Shown: positions 42,353 through 51,848 of the stretch, piece by piece
Layout: each line of letters starts with the position of its first letter
Numbering within the stretch: the stretch's first letter is position 1
Origin: an uncultured Clostridia bacterium
Lineage (GTDB): Bacteria; Bacillota; Clostridia; Christensenellales; Borkfalkiaceae
DNA length: 64,000 nucleotides
Direction of reading: 5' to 3'
Assembly: GCA_944368065.1 (NCBI GenBank)
Contig: CALVWV010000010.1
Span: 46,534-110,533, forward strand
The notes under the pieces: generated by a model
Told to the model about the DNA's origin: nothing
The model's database searches: none
The model's input: only the letters and a program-made list of their open reading frames with translations
Translations under genes and position numbers: made by a program

Positions 42353-43189
42353 ATGGTAAATGCAGAAGAGCTCCTCGCAAGTCTCAACTTTCAGCCTATA
42401 GGCGAACACAACGGCATAATCAAACGCTTAAAGGGCGTTATATCCAACACCAAGCCAAACCCGCAGAAACTTTTTGTTGCCGAAGGTATCTGGCTGGCTT
42501 CAATGTGCCTTAAATTCGGCACTCATATCGAGAGTCTTATCGTGTGTCCGGAGCACGTCCGCACGCCGGAGGTGGCTGAACTTATAAAAAAACTGTCAGA
42601 GCGGACGGCCGACCGTTTTTCTGTTTCGGCAAAGACGTACGAAAAGATTTCCGAAAAAGGTCAGCCCGACGGCATTATGTCGCTTGCGGCGCTGCCGCAG
42701 TACGATATCGCTCATTTCAATCCGCCGGATAAAGCTGTCATTCTTGTAATCGACGGCGTTGAAATCCCCGGCAATGCGGGCACAATGCTGCGCATGGCTG
42801 ACGGCGCCGGCGCGGACGCCGTATTTTTCTGCAACAGAAAGGTAAGAATGACACACCCCAAACTTATAAAGTCCAGCCAGGGCGCAATTCTCACCGTGCC
42901 CGTATTCGAGTTTTCTGACGTTGCGGAGTGCCGCAGCTGGCTTGCAGAGCACAACTTTACGATATATCTTGCCGACACCCGCGCCGAGCATTTTTACTAC
43001 GACGAACCGTTCGGCAACAATACAGCGCTTATAGTCGGCAGCGAGCGTTACGGCATTGCAAGGGAGTGGTATGACGGCGATTACAGCATGATTGCCATAC
43101 CTATGCTCGGCAAGTGCGACAGTCTCAACGTGGGCGTTGCGGCAACGGTTTTAACATACGAAGCCTGCGTCAAGAATAAATTAAAATAA
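42353..43189 (+). CDS. TrmH/SpoU family RNA 2'-O-methyltransferase
   Basis: 278 aa with SpoU motifs (IDGVEIPGNAGTMLR, LIVGSERYGI, IPMLGKCDSLNV). Confidence 0.8.
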   Translation: MVNAEELLASLNFQPIGEHNGIIKRLKGVISNTKPNPQKLFVAEGIWLASMCLKFGTHIESLIVCPEHVRTPEVAELIKKLSERTADRFSVSAKTYEKISEKGQPDGIMSLAALPQYDIAHFNPPDKAVILVIDGVEIPGNAGTMLRMADGAGADAVFFCNRKVRMTHPKLIKSSQGAILTVPVFEFSDVAECRSWLAEHNFTIYLADTRAEHFYYDEPFGNNTALIVGSERYGIAREWYDGDYSMIAIPMLGKCDSLNVGVAATVLTYEACVKNKLK

Positions 43190-43296
43190 GGCGGAAGCAA
43201 AGTTATATTTATATCAGATTGCTTATTGTGTAAAGCTTTAATAGCATAAACACATAAAATTGCAAATATATATTTACAATTATAAAAGATATTTGT

Positions 43297-43346
43297 CTTT
43301 GAGCGCGGCTGCGCGTGGCATTTGCCATGCGCAGCCGCGCTCAAAG
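43297..43346 (+). terminator. Terminator hairpin after trmH-family gene
   Basis: Long imperfect palindrome tttgagcgcggctgcgc..gcgcagccgcgctcaaa. Confidence 0.7.
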
Positions 43347-43374
43347 CATTTATACCTTATTTTTTACCCTGCTA

Positions 43375-43403
43375 TTGCTTTTTTTTGTATATCGTGCTAT
43401 AAT
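43375..43403 (+). promoter_or_regulatory. Putative sigma-A promoter (TTGCTT-17 nt-TATAAT)
   Basis: Lies 40 nt upstream of the helD-like ATG. Confidence 0.45.
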
Positions 43404-43443
43404 AAGCTATCAGTACTTGCGCCCTGCGCAAAATGAGGCTTGC

Positions 43444-45816
43444 ATGGCAGATTTTAAAAGAATAAAAAAATTAATTGACCCGCATAAAGAGCCGGATAAA
43501 CAGTTCTTTTTAGATTTACTGGATACACAAAAGCAAGAATCATACGAGCGCGAGCACATCGACGCGGTTATGTTTATGCTTCGCGCTATCTATATAAACA
43601 AGCTCAAGTCTGCCATACAGCAGGCTCAGTCGGAGATAGCAGAAATAACCGCAGACCCTGATTACAATGCAGAAAGTTACAAAAAAGTCATGTCGCTCAA
43701 GGCAGACATTGCGGCAACCCGCGCAAAGATTGAAACTTACAAGCCGTTTTTCGATGAACCGTATTTTGCGCGCATGGATGTTGTCGACGATAAGGAAGGA
43801 TACAACAGCTACTATATCGGCAAGCGCGGAGACGAAGGACTTGAGATAGTAGACTGGCGCGCGCCGCTTGCAAGAAGGTACTACCAGAAAAGCCGCATAA
43901 CTTTTTCTATAAACGATTACAATTATAAACTCGTTCTCCGCCGCGCCATACGCACGAAAAGCGGAAAGGTGGTCGATATGAAGAACGAGTATCTCTCCGT
44001 TAAAGACTATCTTTCAAAGGAAGAGATAGGCGGAAGGGACGAGGAAATTATATTCGACCCGTTCCTGCGCGAAATTATAAAAAGCCGCAAAGAAAAGAGC
44101 GGGATTACCGACATAATTGAAACCATACAGGAAAAGCAGTACGAAATTATCACCCTGCCGGAGGACAGCAGGTTCGTCGTGCAGGGCATAGCCGGAAGCG
44201 GCAAGACGATGATAATGCTGCACAGACTTTCCTACATCATGTACAACAACGAAGGGGTAAGGCCGCGAGACGTGCTCGTTATAACCCCGTCCGATTCGTT
44301 CAATGCGTTCATAGACGAACTTTCCGCCGTGCTTGAGCTTGAAAAAGTAAAGACGAGCACCATAGAAAGTTATTTTACAGTGCTTCTTGCAGGTCAGGGC
44401 ATCAACATAGAAAACAGGATAGAGCGCACCGAGCGCCCGCCGGAAAGTTACCTTGCCTACGTGTATTCTCCGGCATTCATTTCCGATGTGGAAAAGCGGC
44501 TTGCAAAAATTTATGACGGAGTGCGCGGCATGTTTGCTTCCAGCGAATGCGCCGAAATGGCGGACGAGGTGCTTGCCCGTTGCGTGCGTCAGACTTCGCT
44601 TTACGAAAAAATAAAAAATGCGGGACTGCGCGTAAGGCGGTGCGTGCTTGGTGAAATAAAGGAAAAGGTTGGCGGCGGACTTTATTACACAAAGCCTTTC
44701 AGAAAACTTTTCAACTGCGTAGGCGACATAACCGAATTTTTGTCAATAAGCAAGACGGACGAAAGGATGAACACTTACGGATATTTTTACCGTCAGCTTC
44801 TGTCCTTTTATAAAGCGCTCCGACACGTGCGCCGTCACGCCGAAAAAATATGCGCGGACGCCGTTGCTGATCTGAACGCCCTCGACGGGGTGGTGGATAA
44901 AGAGATAACCGACCTTTCGCGCTACCGCATGAACGTAGGCGGCGCCGAAGTGCTCACTTATTCGGAGCGCATAGAAAAGCGCCGCGCGCTGAAAAGGGAG
45001 ATAGAGGCAAACATCGGTTACGTAAAGGAAATAGGCGACCTGTTTTCCGCCGTTTGCGACTTTGCCGACGTGCTCCGCGGGGAAAGCAATCTTGTTTCCA
45101 TAGGCAAGTGCGAAAACGGAGTGGACGTTGCCCGCTTCTTTTACGGCGAAACGGTCAAAAAGGCGCGCAAAAAATTCGGCGTGCAGCCGGGCAAAATGTA
45201 TCCTTCAGACGCGTACGCGCTCTGCCTTATGCTGTGCAAACTCGGCTATGACCTTTCGCCTAAGCATTCGTTCGTCTTTATCGACGAAGGGCAGGACATA
45301 TCCGAAGGCGAATATTACGTTCTGAAATGCGTCAATGAAAGGGCGCGCTTCAATGTTTTCGGCGACCTCAAGCAGAACATTACCCCGTACAGGGGACTCA
45401 AAGACTGGTCGGTTGTGGAAAAAGATATTTACATGCTCAACCAGAACTACCGCAATACAAACCAGATAGTCGATTTTGTCTCCCGCGAGCTGAACATAGA
45501 CATGCAGTCCATAGGTTGCGACGGCTCGGAAATAGTATATCTTCAGCCGCGCAAAGTCACGGGCTGGCTTGCGCCCATGCACGGGCTCAAAGCCGTTATA
45601 ACGAGCGAAAAAAATCTTCCCGGATTTTCGCGCAAAAATTATAACATACTGCGCGATACGGGTAAAATTTCAAAAACGCGCATAAATCTCATGACCGTTT
45701 ACGAAAGCAAGGGACTTGAATTTACCGCCGTGGCTGTTGTGGACGGAGATATGACGGACAACGAAAAATATATCGCCTACACGAGGGCTTTGAAGGAGCT
45801 TGCGATAGTCCGCTGA
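43444..45816 (+). CDS. helD: HelD-like (helicase IV family) UvrD-type SF1 helicase
   Basis: ATG 43444. N-terminal coiled-coil of about 110 aa, then YFARMDVV..YYIGKRG..IVDWRAPLARRYY. Walker A is GIAGSGKT. The UvrD_C end is MTVYESKGLEF..YIAYTRA. The track start 43315 runs through the terminator. Confidence 0.8.
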   Translation: MADFKRIKKLIDPHKEPDKQFFLDLLDTQKQESYEREHIDAVMFMLRAIYINKLKSAIQQAQSEIAEITADPDYNAESYKKVMSLKADIAATRAKIETYKPFFDEPYFARMDVVDDKEGYNSYYIGKRGDEGLEIVDWRAPLARRYYQKSRITFSINDYNYKLVLRRAIRTKSGKVVDMKNEYLSVKDYLSKEEIGGRDEEIIFDPFLREIIKSRKEKSGITDIIETIQEKQYEIITLPEDSRFVVQGIAGSGKTMIMLHRLSYIMYNNEGVRPRDVLVITPSDSFNAFIDELSAVLELEKVKTSTIESYFTVLLAGQGINIENRIERTERPPESYLAYVYSPAFISDVEKRLAKIYDGVRGMFASSECAEMADEVLARCVRQTSLYEKIKNAGLRVRRCVLGEIKEKVGGGLYYTKPFRKLFNCVGDITEFLSISKTDERMNTYGYFYRQLLSFYKALRHVRRHAEKICADAVADLNALDGVVDKEITDLSRYRMNVGGAEVLTYSERIEKRRALKREIEANIGYVKEIGDLFSAVCDFADVLRGESNLVSIGKCENGVDVARFFYGETVKKARKKFGVQPGKMYPSDAYALCLMLCKLGYDLSPKHSFVFIDEGQDISEGEYYVLKCVNERARFNVFGDLKQNITPYRGLKDWSVVEKDIYMLNQNYRNTNQIVDFVSRELNIDMQSIGCDGSEIVYLQPRKVTGWLAPMHGLKAVITSEKNLPGFSRKNYNILRDTGKISKTRINLMTVYESKGLEFTAVAVVDGDMTDNEKYIAYTRALKELAIVR

Positions 45817-45900
45817 TTGTGCCGCTGTATATATTGGTTCAGGCATATTGCCGCACTAATCATAAATTTCAGGCAAATCAGAATACAGATTTAGTTATAA

Positions 45901-45950
45901 TTGCGCCGCGCCGCCTTTGAAGGCGGCGCGGCGCAATTTATTTGTTTTTT
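45901..45950 (+). terminator. Rho-independent terminator after helD-like gene
   Basis: 16-bp stem ttgcgccgcgccgcct/aggcggcgcggcgcaa plus a T-rich tail. Confidence 0.85.
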
Positions 45951-46153
45951 AATTTGCCGCTTGGTCAATAATACATAAAATTATTGTTTAAATTTTTTGA
46001 ACGCGCAAAAAAAATTAATTAAAAATTAAAAAAATTATAAAAAACGCAAAAAAAATTATTTTTTTAATCGGCAACTTTTTTATCGGATACCCTTGCCGAA
46101 GATATCGAATTGTTGTATAATAGAAAGGAAATAAGAGGTAATGAAGGAAAGTT

Positions 46154-49100
46154 ATGGCAACAAATAAAAAAGCAAAACAGCTCGCCGAAGAGCTGGAGCT
46201 TGAAGGCGAATTGTTAAATACCGTAAGTTACGCCACGTATTATTGCCGTATGCCGCTTTTCACGGCGTTCAGGCTTTATAACCATGGCGAAAATCCCGCG
46301 GAAAACCTCACTGTTTCCATAAGCGGCAGCACCGAGCTTATACTTGCGCGCTCGCTCGACGTGGCGGAAATCCCGCCCGAAAGCAGCGTGGAAGTCACGG
46401 TGGACAAAATTCTCAACCCGAAATACCTTGCCGAACTCGAACAGCCCGAAGTGTGCACGGTAACCATATCCGTTGCGTGCGGCAAAGTGAGCGTATGCGA
46501 GCTTACGGCAAACGTCGACTGCCTCCCCATAGATTTCTGGGGCGGCCTTTCGGGCAACGTGGAAATGCTTTCGTCCCTCGTCCGTCCGAGAATTGCCGAC
46601 TGCCAGAAAATTCTTGCCGAGGCAGGTCTCCAGCTTAAAACGTGGGGCTTTTCTTCGGAGTGGAGCGGTTATTCCGGCAACGACCGAAACGCAGTGCGCG
46701 GTGCGGCGGCGGCAATATTCTCCGCTCTGCGCAGACAGAACGTCGAAATGCAGGAACAGCAGCCGCTTACCGACGCGCTCAGCGCGGGCGGCATTACCCG
46801 CATAATAGCCGGCAAATCGGCCACCCCGCTCGAGATGGCTCTTTTGTATTGCTCCTGCCTTGAAGCGGCAAAATTAAATCCCGTCCTTGTCCTCGGCAAA
46901 AACAGCGTTGCCGCGGGAGTATGGCTTTACGAAAGCTGTTTTACCGTCACCACTCAGGACGATATGTCGGTGATAGAAAAGTACGTCCAGGACGGCGTAA
47001 ACAACCTCGCTGTGTTCGACGTTACCGACCTCTTTTCGCATAAAAACGCAAGCTTTACAACCAGCGAATCGCATTTTGCATCGCAGCTCAGGCGCGGCGA
47101 ATACGAAATATGCGTCGACGTCAAGCGCTGCAGGATAGGCGGCGTTTTCTCCATTCCAATAAAAGTAAAGCAGGGCGGAAGGTACGAACTCCTCGGCGAA
47201 GCTCAGTTTTCTTACGACCAGAAACCGGGCGAAATTATAGATGCCGGCAAATATTCTCTTGAAAAGGGCGCTTCCAAGGAAAAGACGTGGCAGCGCCGCC
47301 TTCTCGACCTTTCTTTAAAGAATAACCTTCTGAATTTCAGGTACAGGCACGACTGTCTGCACATAGTCACGGCCGACCTTCCTTCCTTCGTGAACGAACT
47401 CGACGGCAGCGAAAAGTTTACCGTTCTGCCCGTAGCCGAACCCATAAAGGACGCGACTTTCTTCGGCGGCAGTGCGGGAGTGCGCGCGCTCAGAGAACTT
47501 ATCGACATAGAGATGTCCTCCGGCATAATACGCTCATTTGAAGGCGCTTCGGCGCTTTCGGAAAATTCCTCTTCGCTTATAAGAAAGGCAAGGACGGCGG
47601 AGGAGGAAGTCGGAGCAAATACATTGTGCCTCGCACTCGGCTTTCTCAAATGGAAGCACGACGACGAAAAAGAATTCAAGTATGCTCCAATAGCGCTCCT
47701 CCCCGTGACGCTCCGCCGCAACAAGCAACAGGGCGTGACTATGACGAAGGGCGAAGACCTCACCGTAAACACCACGCTTTTAGAATTTTTAAAGCAGGAA
47801 TTCGGCATAGATATCCGCGGCATGGAGGATAAAGGGCTTTCTGTAAGCGAAATGACAGCCTTATTCCGCGCAAAGTCTGCGGATATGAAGGGCTGGGAAG
47901 TCACCGAAGACGTGTACGTCGCTCAGTTCACGTTCGCGCGCTACGCAATGTGGAGCGACGTCAAAAACAACATATCCCGCTACAAAAACAATCCGCTTAT
48001 AGCAAGTCTGCTTTCAAATACCAACAAACTTCAGGAAAATAAGCTCAGCGGCGAAAATGAAGACGAGGCAGACCCGTGCGAAATTCTTGTGCCGCTCCCC
48101 TGCGACAGTTCACAGTTCGAGGCGGTTGCCGAATCTGCCAAGGGCACTACCTTCGTGCTTCACGGCCCTCCGGGAACAGGCAAAAGCCAGACGATAACGA
48201 ATATGATAGCAAACGCCCTGCATTCGGGCAGGCGCGTGCTGTTCGTGGCAGAAAAGCAGGCGGCGCTTTCCGTAGTTAAAAAGCGCCTTACCGATATAGG
48301 CATAGGCGAATTCTGCATGGAATTTTCCTCCGGCAAGTCTGCGGATAAAGCTGCGCTTGTCAAGGAGATTGAAAACACGCTTTCTCTGCGCGACGATTAT
48401 TCTGACGAAAAATTTGTGGAAGAGGGCAAGGAAATCGAGGAAACGCGTTCCTCGCTCGCCCGTCCGTATGCCGCTCTGCATAAAAAGCGCAGACTCGGCG
48501 TTTCTGTGTATGAAGGCATTTTATATTACCTTCAGAACAAATCTGCGCCCGAGCTTGTCAACATAGAGAGCACTTTTTACGACAGTCTTACCAAAGAAAA
48601 GCTTGAAAAGTGCGAAAAAATGCTTGTAAACGCGCAGATAGCCGCAAAGGAGTGCGGCGGCGTTTACCGTTCTCCATTTGAAAACGTCAACATAACGGCC
48701 TGCACGGACGACGTAAAAAACGCCGTGTTGTGTGCGGCGGAAGTAGTGCTTGCCGAGCTTAAGCACCTTAAAAACTATCTCGGCCTGTTCCTCGATACAT
48801 TCAACCAGAAAATAAGCACGTTCACTTCGCGCAAGCTCGAAAGCTTTATTAAAATAGCAACCATTCTCCGCGACGGCACTCTGGACGAATTTTTCTCCTG
48901 TGACGAAGGGGAGTTCTACAAGTTCTACAACGCCAACGTGCTTTACGACAACGTGTCCAGGTTGTGGTTCACCAGGTTCAATTCCATGCCCGACATAGAT
49001 AAATATGCGCCCTCGCTCGAAGCCGAGCTTGAAAACTGGGGTGAAAATTATCGTTCTTCCCGCACGGTGCTCGCCGTAATAAAGCGGCTTAATAAGTGCG

Positions 49101-51784
49101 CAAAAGCGCGCATTCCCGAAAAGGAAGAACTTGAATGGGTAAAGCGCGCGTACGAACTCTGGGAAGCTGAGGGCAGAATACTCAAAAATACCAACCTTTC
49201 GCAGAACTTCACCGGGCTCGGCGGCGGCATAAACGACAAGAAGAGGGAACTTTTCTTAAAACCTCTGTACGAACTCAACGAGCTGTGCTCGCAGGTGTTC
49301 ATGGATTACAATGCCGACGCATTCAACAGCGTGTGCGCGCACATAATGAGCGGATACGCAAAGCCGCTTATATCTGGCGTCATAGCTGCGGCGCGCTCTT
49401 TCGTAACTGCAAGGGAATACTTCATAAAGGTAACCAAGGCGGACAAAACATTCTATGCCGACGAGGATATCTTCGATTATTATACTTCCAAGTGCGGCGC
49501 TCTCATAGACAATATCGATATGCTCCCCGGCTGGTGCAATTACAAGAACACCGCCAAAGAGCTCAACTCCATGGGACTTACGTTTATAACCGACGCGATG
49601 GAGAGCGGCAAAATCAGCGGCGAGCAGATTCTTTCTTCGTTCAGGAAGAACGTTTACCGCAACTTTGTGCAGACCAATATACCCGCAGACGAGGAGCTTT
49701 CCAGATTCTCTGCGTCTCTTCTCGACGAGAGCGCGGCAAAGTTTGCAATGCTTACCGAAGAGTTTGCTGCGGCGACGCGCGCAAGGATAAGGCACGACCT
49801 TATATCCCGTCTGCCCTCGCAGGAGACGGAAGGTCCGCTGGCGCTTGAACTGATGACGTTCAGACGCCAGACGAGCGGCAACGTAAACCGCATAAATCTC
49901 CGTTCGCTGTTTGCCGAAATTCCGCAGCTTCTCAAAGCGGTTGCTCCCTGTATGATGATGAGCCCGTTCACCGTATCCCAGTATCTCGCGCCCGACCCCG
50001 ACCTTTTTGACCTCGTAATATTCGACGAGGCTTCTCAGATGCCCACCTGCGAGGCAGTTCCCTCGCTTGCAAGGGCAAAGAGCGCCATAATAGTCGGCGA
50101 CCCCAAACAGCTTTCGCCCACGACGTTCTTCATGGCTTTGGGACAGGACGAGGACGAGATGGAAGCGGAGGACCTGGACAGCGTTCTCGACGACTGCCTG
50201 TCCCTCGGCATACCTCAGAAGCATCTTAGCTGGCATTACAGAAGCAAGCACGAAAGTCTTATAGCCTTCTCCAACATAATGTACTATTCGGGCAAACTGT
50301 GCACTTTCCCTTCGCCCGACGCGCTGGACAGCAAGGTAAAACTTGTATATATTCCCGACGGCGTTTACGACAGGGGCTTTACCAAGTGCAACAAACAGGA
50401 GGCGGAAGCGCTTGTAAACGAAGTCATAAGGCGCCTGCGCGACGAAAAACTCCGCCGCTCGAGCATAGGCATAGTAACTTTCTCTACCCCTCAGCAGAAC
50501 TATATAGAAAAGATGCTTACAAAAGCCATACAGGAAAAGGGACTTGAGGAAGCTGCATACGAGCGCGAAGAGCCGCTCTTTGTAAAGAATCTTGAAAACG
50601 TACAGGGCGATGAAAGGGACGTAATCATGTTCTCCGTATGTTACGGTCCCGACCGAATGGGCAAAATTTCGCTCAATTTCGGTCCTCTCAACCAGTACGG
50701 CGGCTGGCGCAGATTAAACGTTGCCGTATCCCGCGCAAGGGAAGAGATGGTTATCTATTCTTCCATGCGCTACTCAATGATAGATCTCTCGCGCACCAAC
50801 TCGCGCGGCGTCGCGGGGCTCAAAGCCTTCCTCGAATTTGCCGAAAAGGGCAGAACGAGCATCGCCGTCAAGAGCGACGAAATGATTATAAACAAGTCGG
50901 GCATAGGCAAGTACGTGGCGGAGGAGCTCTCCAACTACGGTTACGACTGCCGCTGCGACGTGGGCGTCTCCGACTTCAAGATAGACGTCGCCGTAGTAGA
51001 CCCCAAAAACAAGCACAACTTTATTCTTGCCATACTGTGCGACGGCGAAAGCCGCTTCTCCGTAAAGGACCGCACGGTAATGCAGGTTCAGACTTTGAAG
51101 CGCAACAACTGGAATGTAATAAGGCTGTATTCAATTAACTTCTTCAACAATCCCAAGAGGGAGATAAAGAAGATAAAGGAGTACCTCGATAAACTCTGTT
51201 CGGGCGGCAAGACGGTTGCCACCAGCTTCAAAAAGCCTTACCGCGCGGCAAAGCTCGAAGAAAAGACTGTCGACGCGCAGTACATTCTTTCGGGAGAGCA
51301 CGATGCCGAGGTTATAAAGGCAATCAAAGCCGTGGTAAGCGCAGAAGAGCCCGTTTCGGCACAGTTTATTTTAAAGCGCGTTCTCTCGTCCTTCGGAATT
51401 TACAAGCACGGCGTAAAGCTCGATGCAAAAATGAATTCGCTGATAGAAGGATGCGGCTACCAGTATCAGGAAATTTTGGGCGTGAAGTATTACTTCCGCT
51501 CGGATAAGTACTCCGGGTTCGACAGGTACCGCGTTGAGGACGGCGTACAGCTGCGCACGTCTGAGGCGGACTATACGCCTTACGATGTAATATCTCTGGT
51601 AAAAAGCATACTTTTGAACAAGGTAAGCATGTATTCCGACGAGCTCGCGCTTGCAGTACAGCGCGAATTCAAAGTTCCCAGAATTTCAGACAGGTTTGCA
51701 TCGTTCATAAATGCCTGCATAGATTACGGCGCATCGAAAGGAATATTCGTGCGCAGCATATCGGATAAAGTTTCGCTCACGTAA
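46154..51784 (+). CDS. 1876-aa multidomain protein: unknown N-terminal region, DUF4011, Upf1-like SF1 helicase (AAA_11/AAA_12), Vsr/DUF559-like endonuclease, DUF3320
   Basis: DUF4011 signature RRLLDLSLKNNLLNFR (about 47290). Walker A GPPGTGKS (48164..48187). DEASQ (50021..50038). Helicase motifs VGDPKQL, SWHYRS, VQGDERD and LNVAVSRAR. REase-like block ..DFKIDVAVVD..ILCDGES..WNVIRLYS (about 50900..51190). DUF3320-like tail. AGGTAATGAAGGAAAG precedes the ATG. Confidence 0.85.
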   Translation: MATNKKAKQLAEELELEGELLNTVSYATYYCRMPLFTAFRLYNHGENPAENLTVSISGSTELILARSLDVAEIPPESSVEVTVDKILNPKYLAELEQPEVCTVTISVACGKVSVCELTANVDCLPIDFWGGLSGNVEMLSSLVRPRIADCQKILAEAGLQLKTWGFSSEWSGYSGNDRNAVRGAAAAIFSALRRQNVEMQEQQPLTDALSAGGITRIIAGKSATPLEMALLYCSCLEAAKLNPVLVLGKNSVAAGVWLYESCFTVTTQDDMSVIEKYVQDGVNNLAVFDVTDLFSHKNASFTTSESHFASQLRRGEYEICVDVKRCRIGGVFSIPIKVKQGGRYELLGEAQFSYDQKPGEIIDAGKYSLEKGASKEKTWQRRLLDLSLKNNLLNFRYRHDCLHIVTADLPSFVNELDGSEKFTVLPVAEPIKDATFFGGSAGVRALRELIDIEMSSGIIRSFEGASALSENSSSLIRKARTAEEEVGANTLCLALGFLKWKHDDEKEFKYAPIALLPVTLRRNKQQGVTMTKGEDLTVNTTLLEFLKQEFGIDIRGMEDKGLSVSEMTALFRAKSADMKGWEVTEDVYVAQFTFARYAMWSDVKNNISRYKNNPLIASLLSNTNKLQENKLSGENEDEADPCEILVPLPCDSSQFEAVAESAKGTTFVLHGPPGTGKSQTITNMIANALHSGRRVLFVAEKQAALSVVKKRLTDIGIGEFCMEFSSGKSADKAALVKEIENTLSLRDDYSDEKFVEEGKEIEETRSSLARPYAALHKKRRLGVSVYEGILYYLQNKSAPELVNIESTFYDSLTKEKLEKCEKMLVNAQIAAKECGGVYRSPFENVNITACTDDVKNAVLCAAEVVLAELKHLKNYLGLFLDTFNQKISTFTSRKLESFIKIATILRDGTLDEFFSCDEGEFYKFYNANVLYDNVSRLWFTRFNSMPDIDKYAPSLEAELENWGENYRSSRTVLAVIKRLNKCAKARIPEKEELEWVKRAYELWEAEGRILKNTNLSQNFTGLGGGINDKKRELFLKPLYELNELCSQVFMDYNADAFNSVCAHIMSGYAKPLISGVIAAARSFVTAREYFIKVTKADKTFYADEDIFDYYTSKCGALIDNIDMLPGWCNYKNTAKELNSMGLTFITDAMESGKISGEQILSSFRKNVYRNFVQTNIPADEELSRFSASLLDESAAKFAMLTEEFAAATRARIRHDLISRLPSQETEGPLALELMTFRRQTSGNVNRINLRSLFAEIPQLLKAVAPCMMMSPFTVSQYLAPDPDLFDLVIFDEASQMPTCEAVPSLARAKSAIIVGDPKQLSPTTFFMALGQDEDEMEAEDLDSVLDDCLSLGIPQKHLSWHYRSKHESLIAFSNIMYYSGKLCTFPSPDALDSKVKLVYIPDGVYDRGFTKCNKQEAEALVNEVIRRLRDEKLRRSSIGIVTFSTPQQNYIEKMLTKAIQEKGLEEAAYEREEPLFVKNLENVQGDERDVIMFSVCYGPDRMGKISLNFGPLNQYGGWRRLNVAVSRAREEMVIYSSMRYSMIDLSRTNSRGVAGLKAFLEFAEKGRTSIAVKSDEMIINKSGIGKYVAEELSNYGYDCRCDVGVSDFKIDVAVVDPKNKHNFILAILCDGESRFSVKDRTVMQVQTLKRNNWNVIRLYSINFFNNPKREIKKIKEYLDKLCSGGKTVATSFKKPYRAAKLEEKTVDAQYILSGEHDAEVIKAIKAVVSAEEPVSAQFILKRVLSSFGIYKHGVKLDAKMNSLIEGCGYQYQEILGVKYYFRSDKYSGFDRYRVEDGVQLRTSEADYTPYDVISLVKSILLNKVSMYSDELALAVQREFKVPRISDRFASFINACIDYGASKGIFVRSISDKVSLT

Positions 51785-51800
51785 AATAACAACTGATTTG

Positions 51801-51831
51801 ACCGGGGGCGCCCGCAGCGCCCCCGGTTTTT
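51801..51831 (+). terminator. Rho-independent terminator
   Basis: accgggggcg/cgcccccggt stem plus TTTTT. Confidence 0.85.
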
Positions 51832-51848
51832 AAGGTTTTCACACGCCC

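Noticed and set aside
43190-51848. I searched the flanks of the helicase block for mobile-element hallmarks: integrase, transposase, terminal inverted or direct repeats, and a compositional shift.
   Set aside because: None were found by eye, so the block is not called a mobile element or genomic island. It is reported only as a candidate accessory locus.
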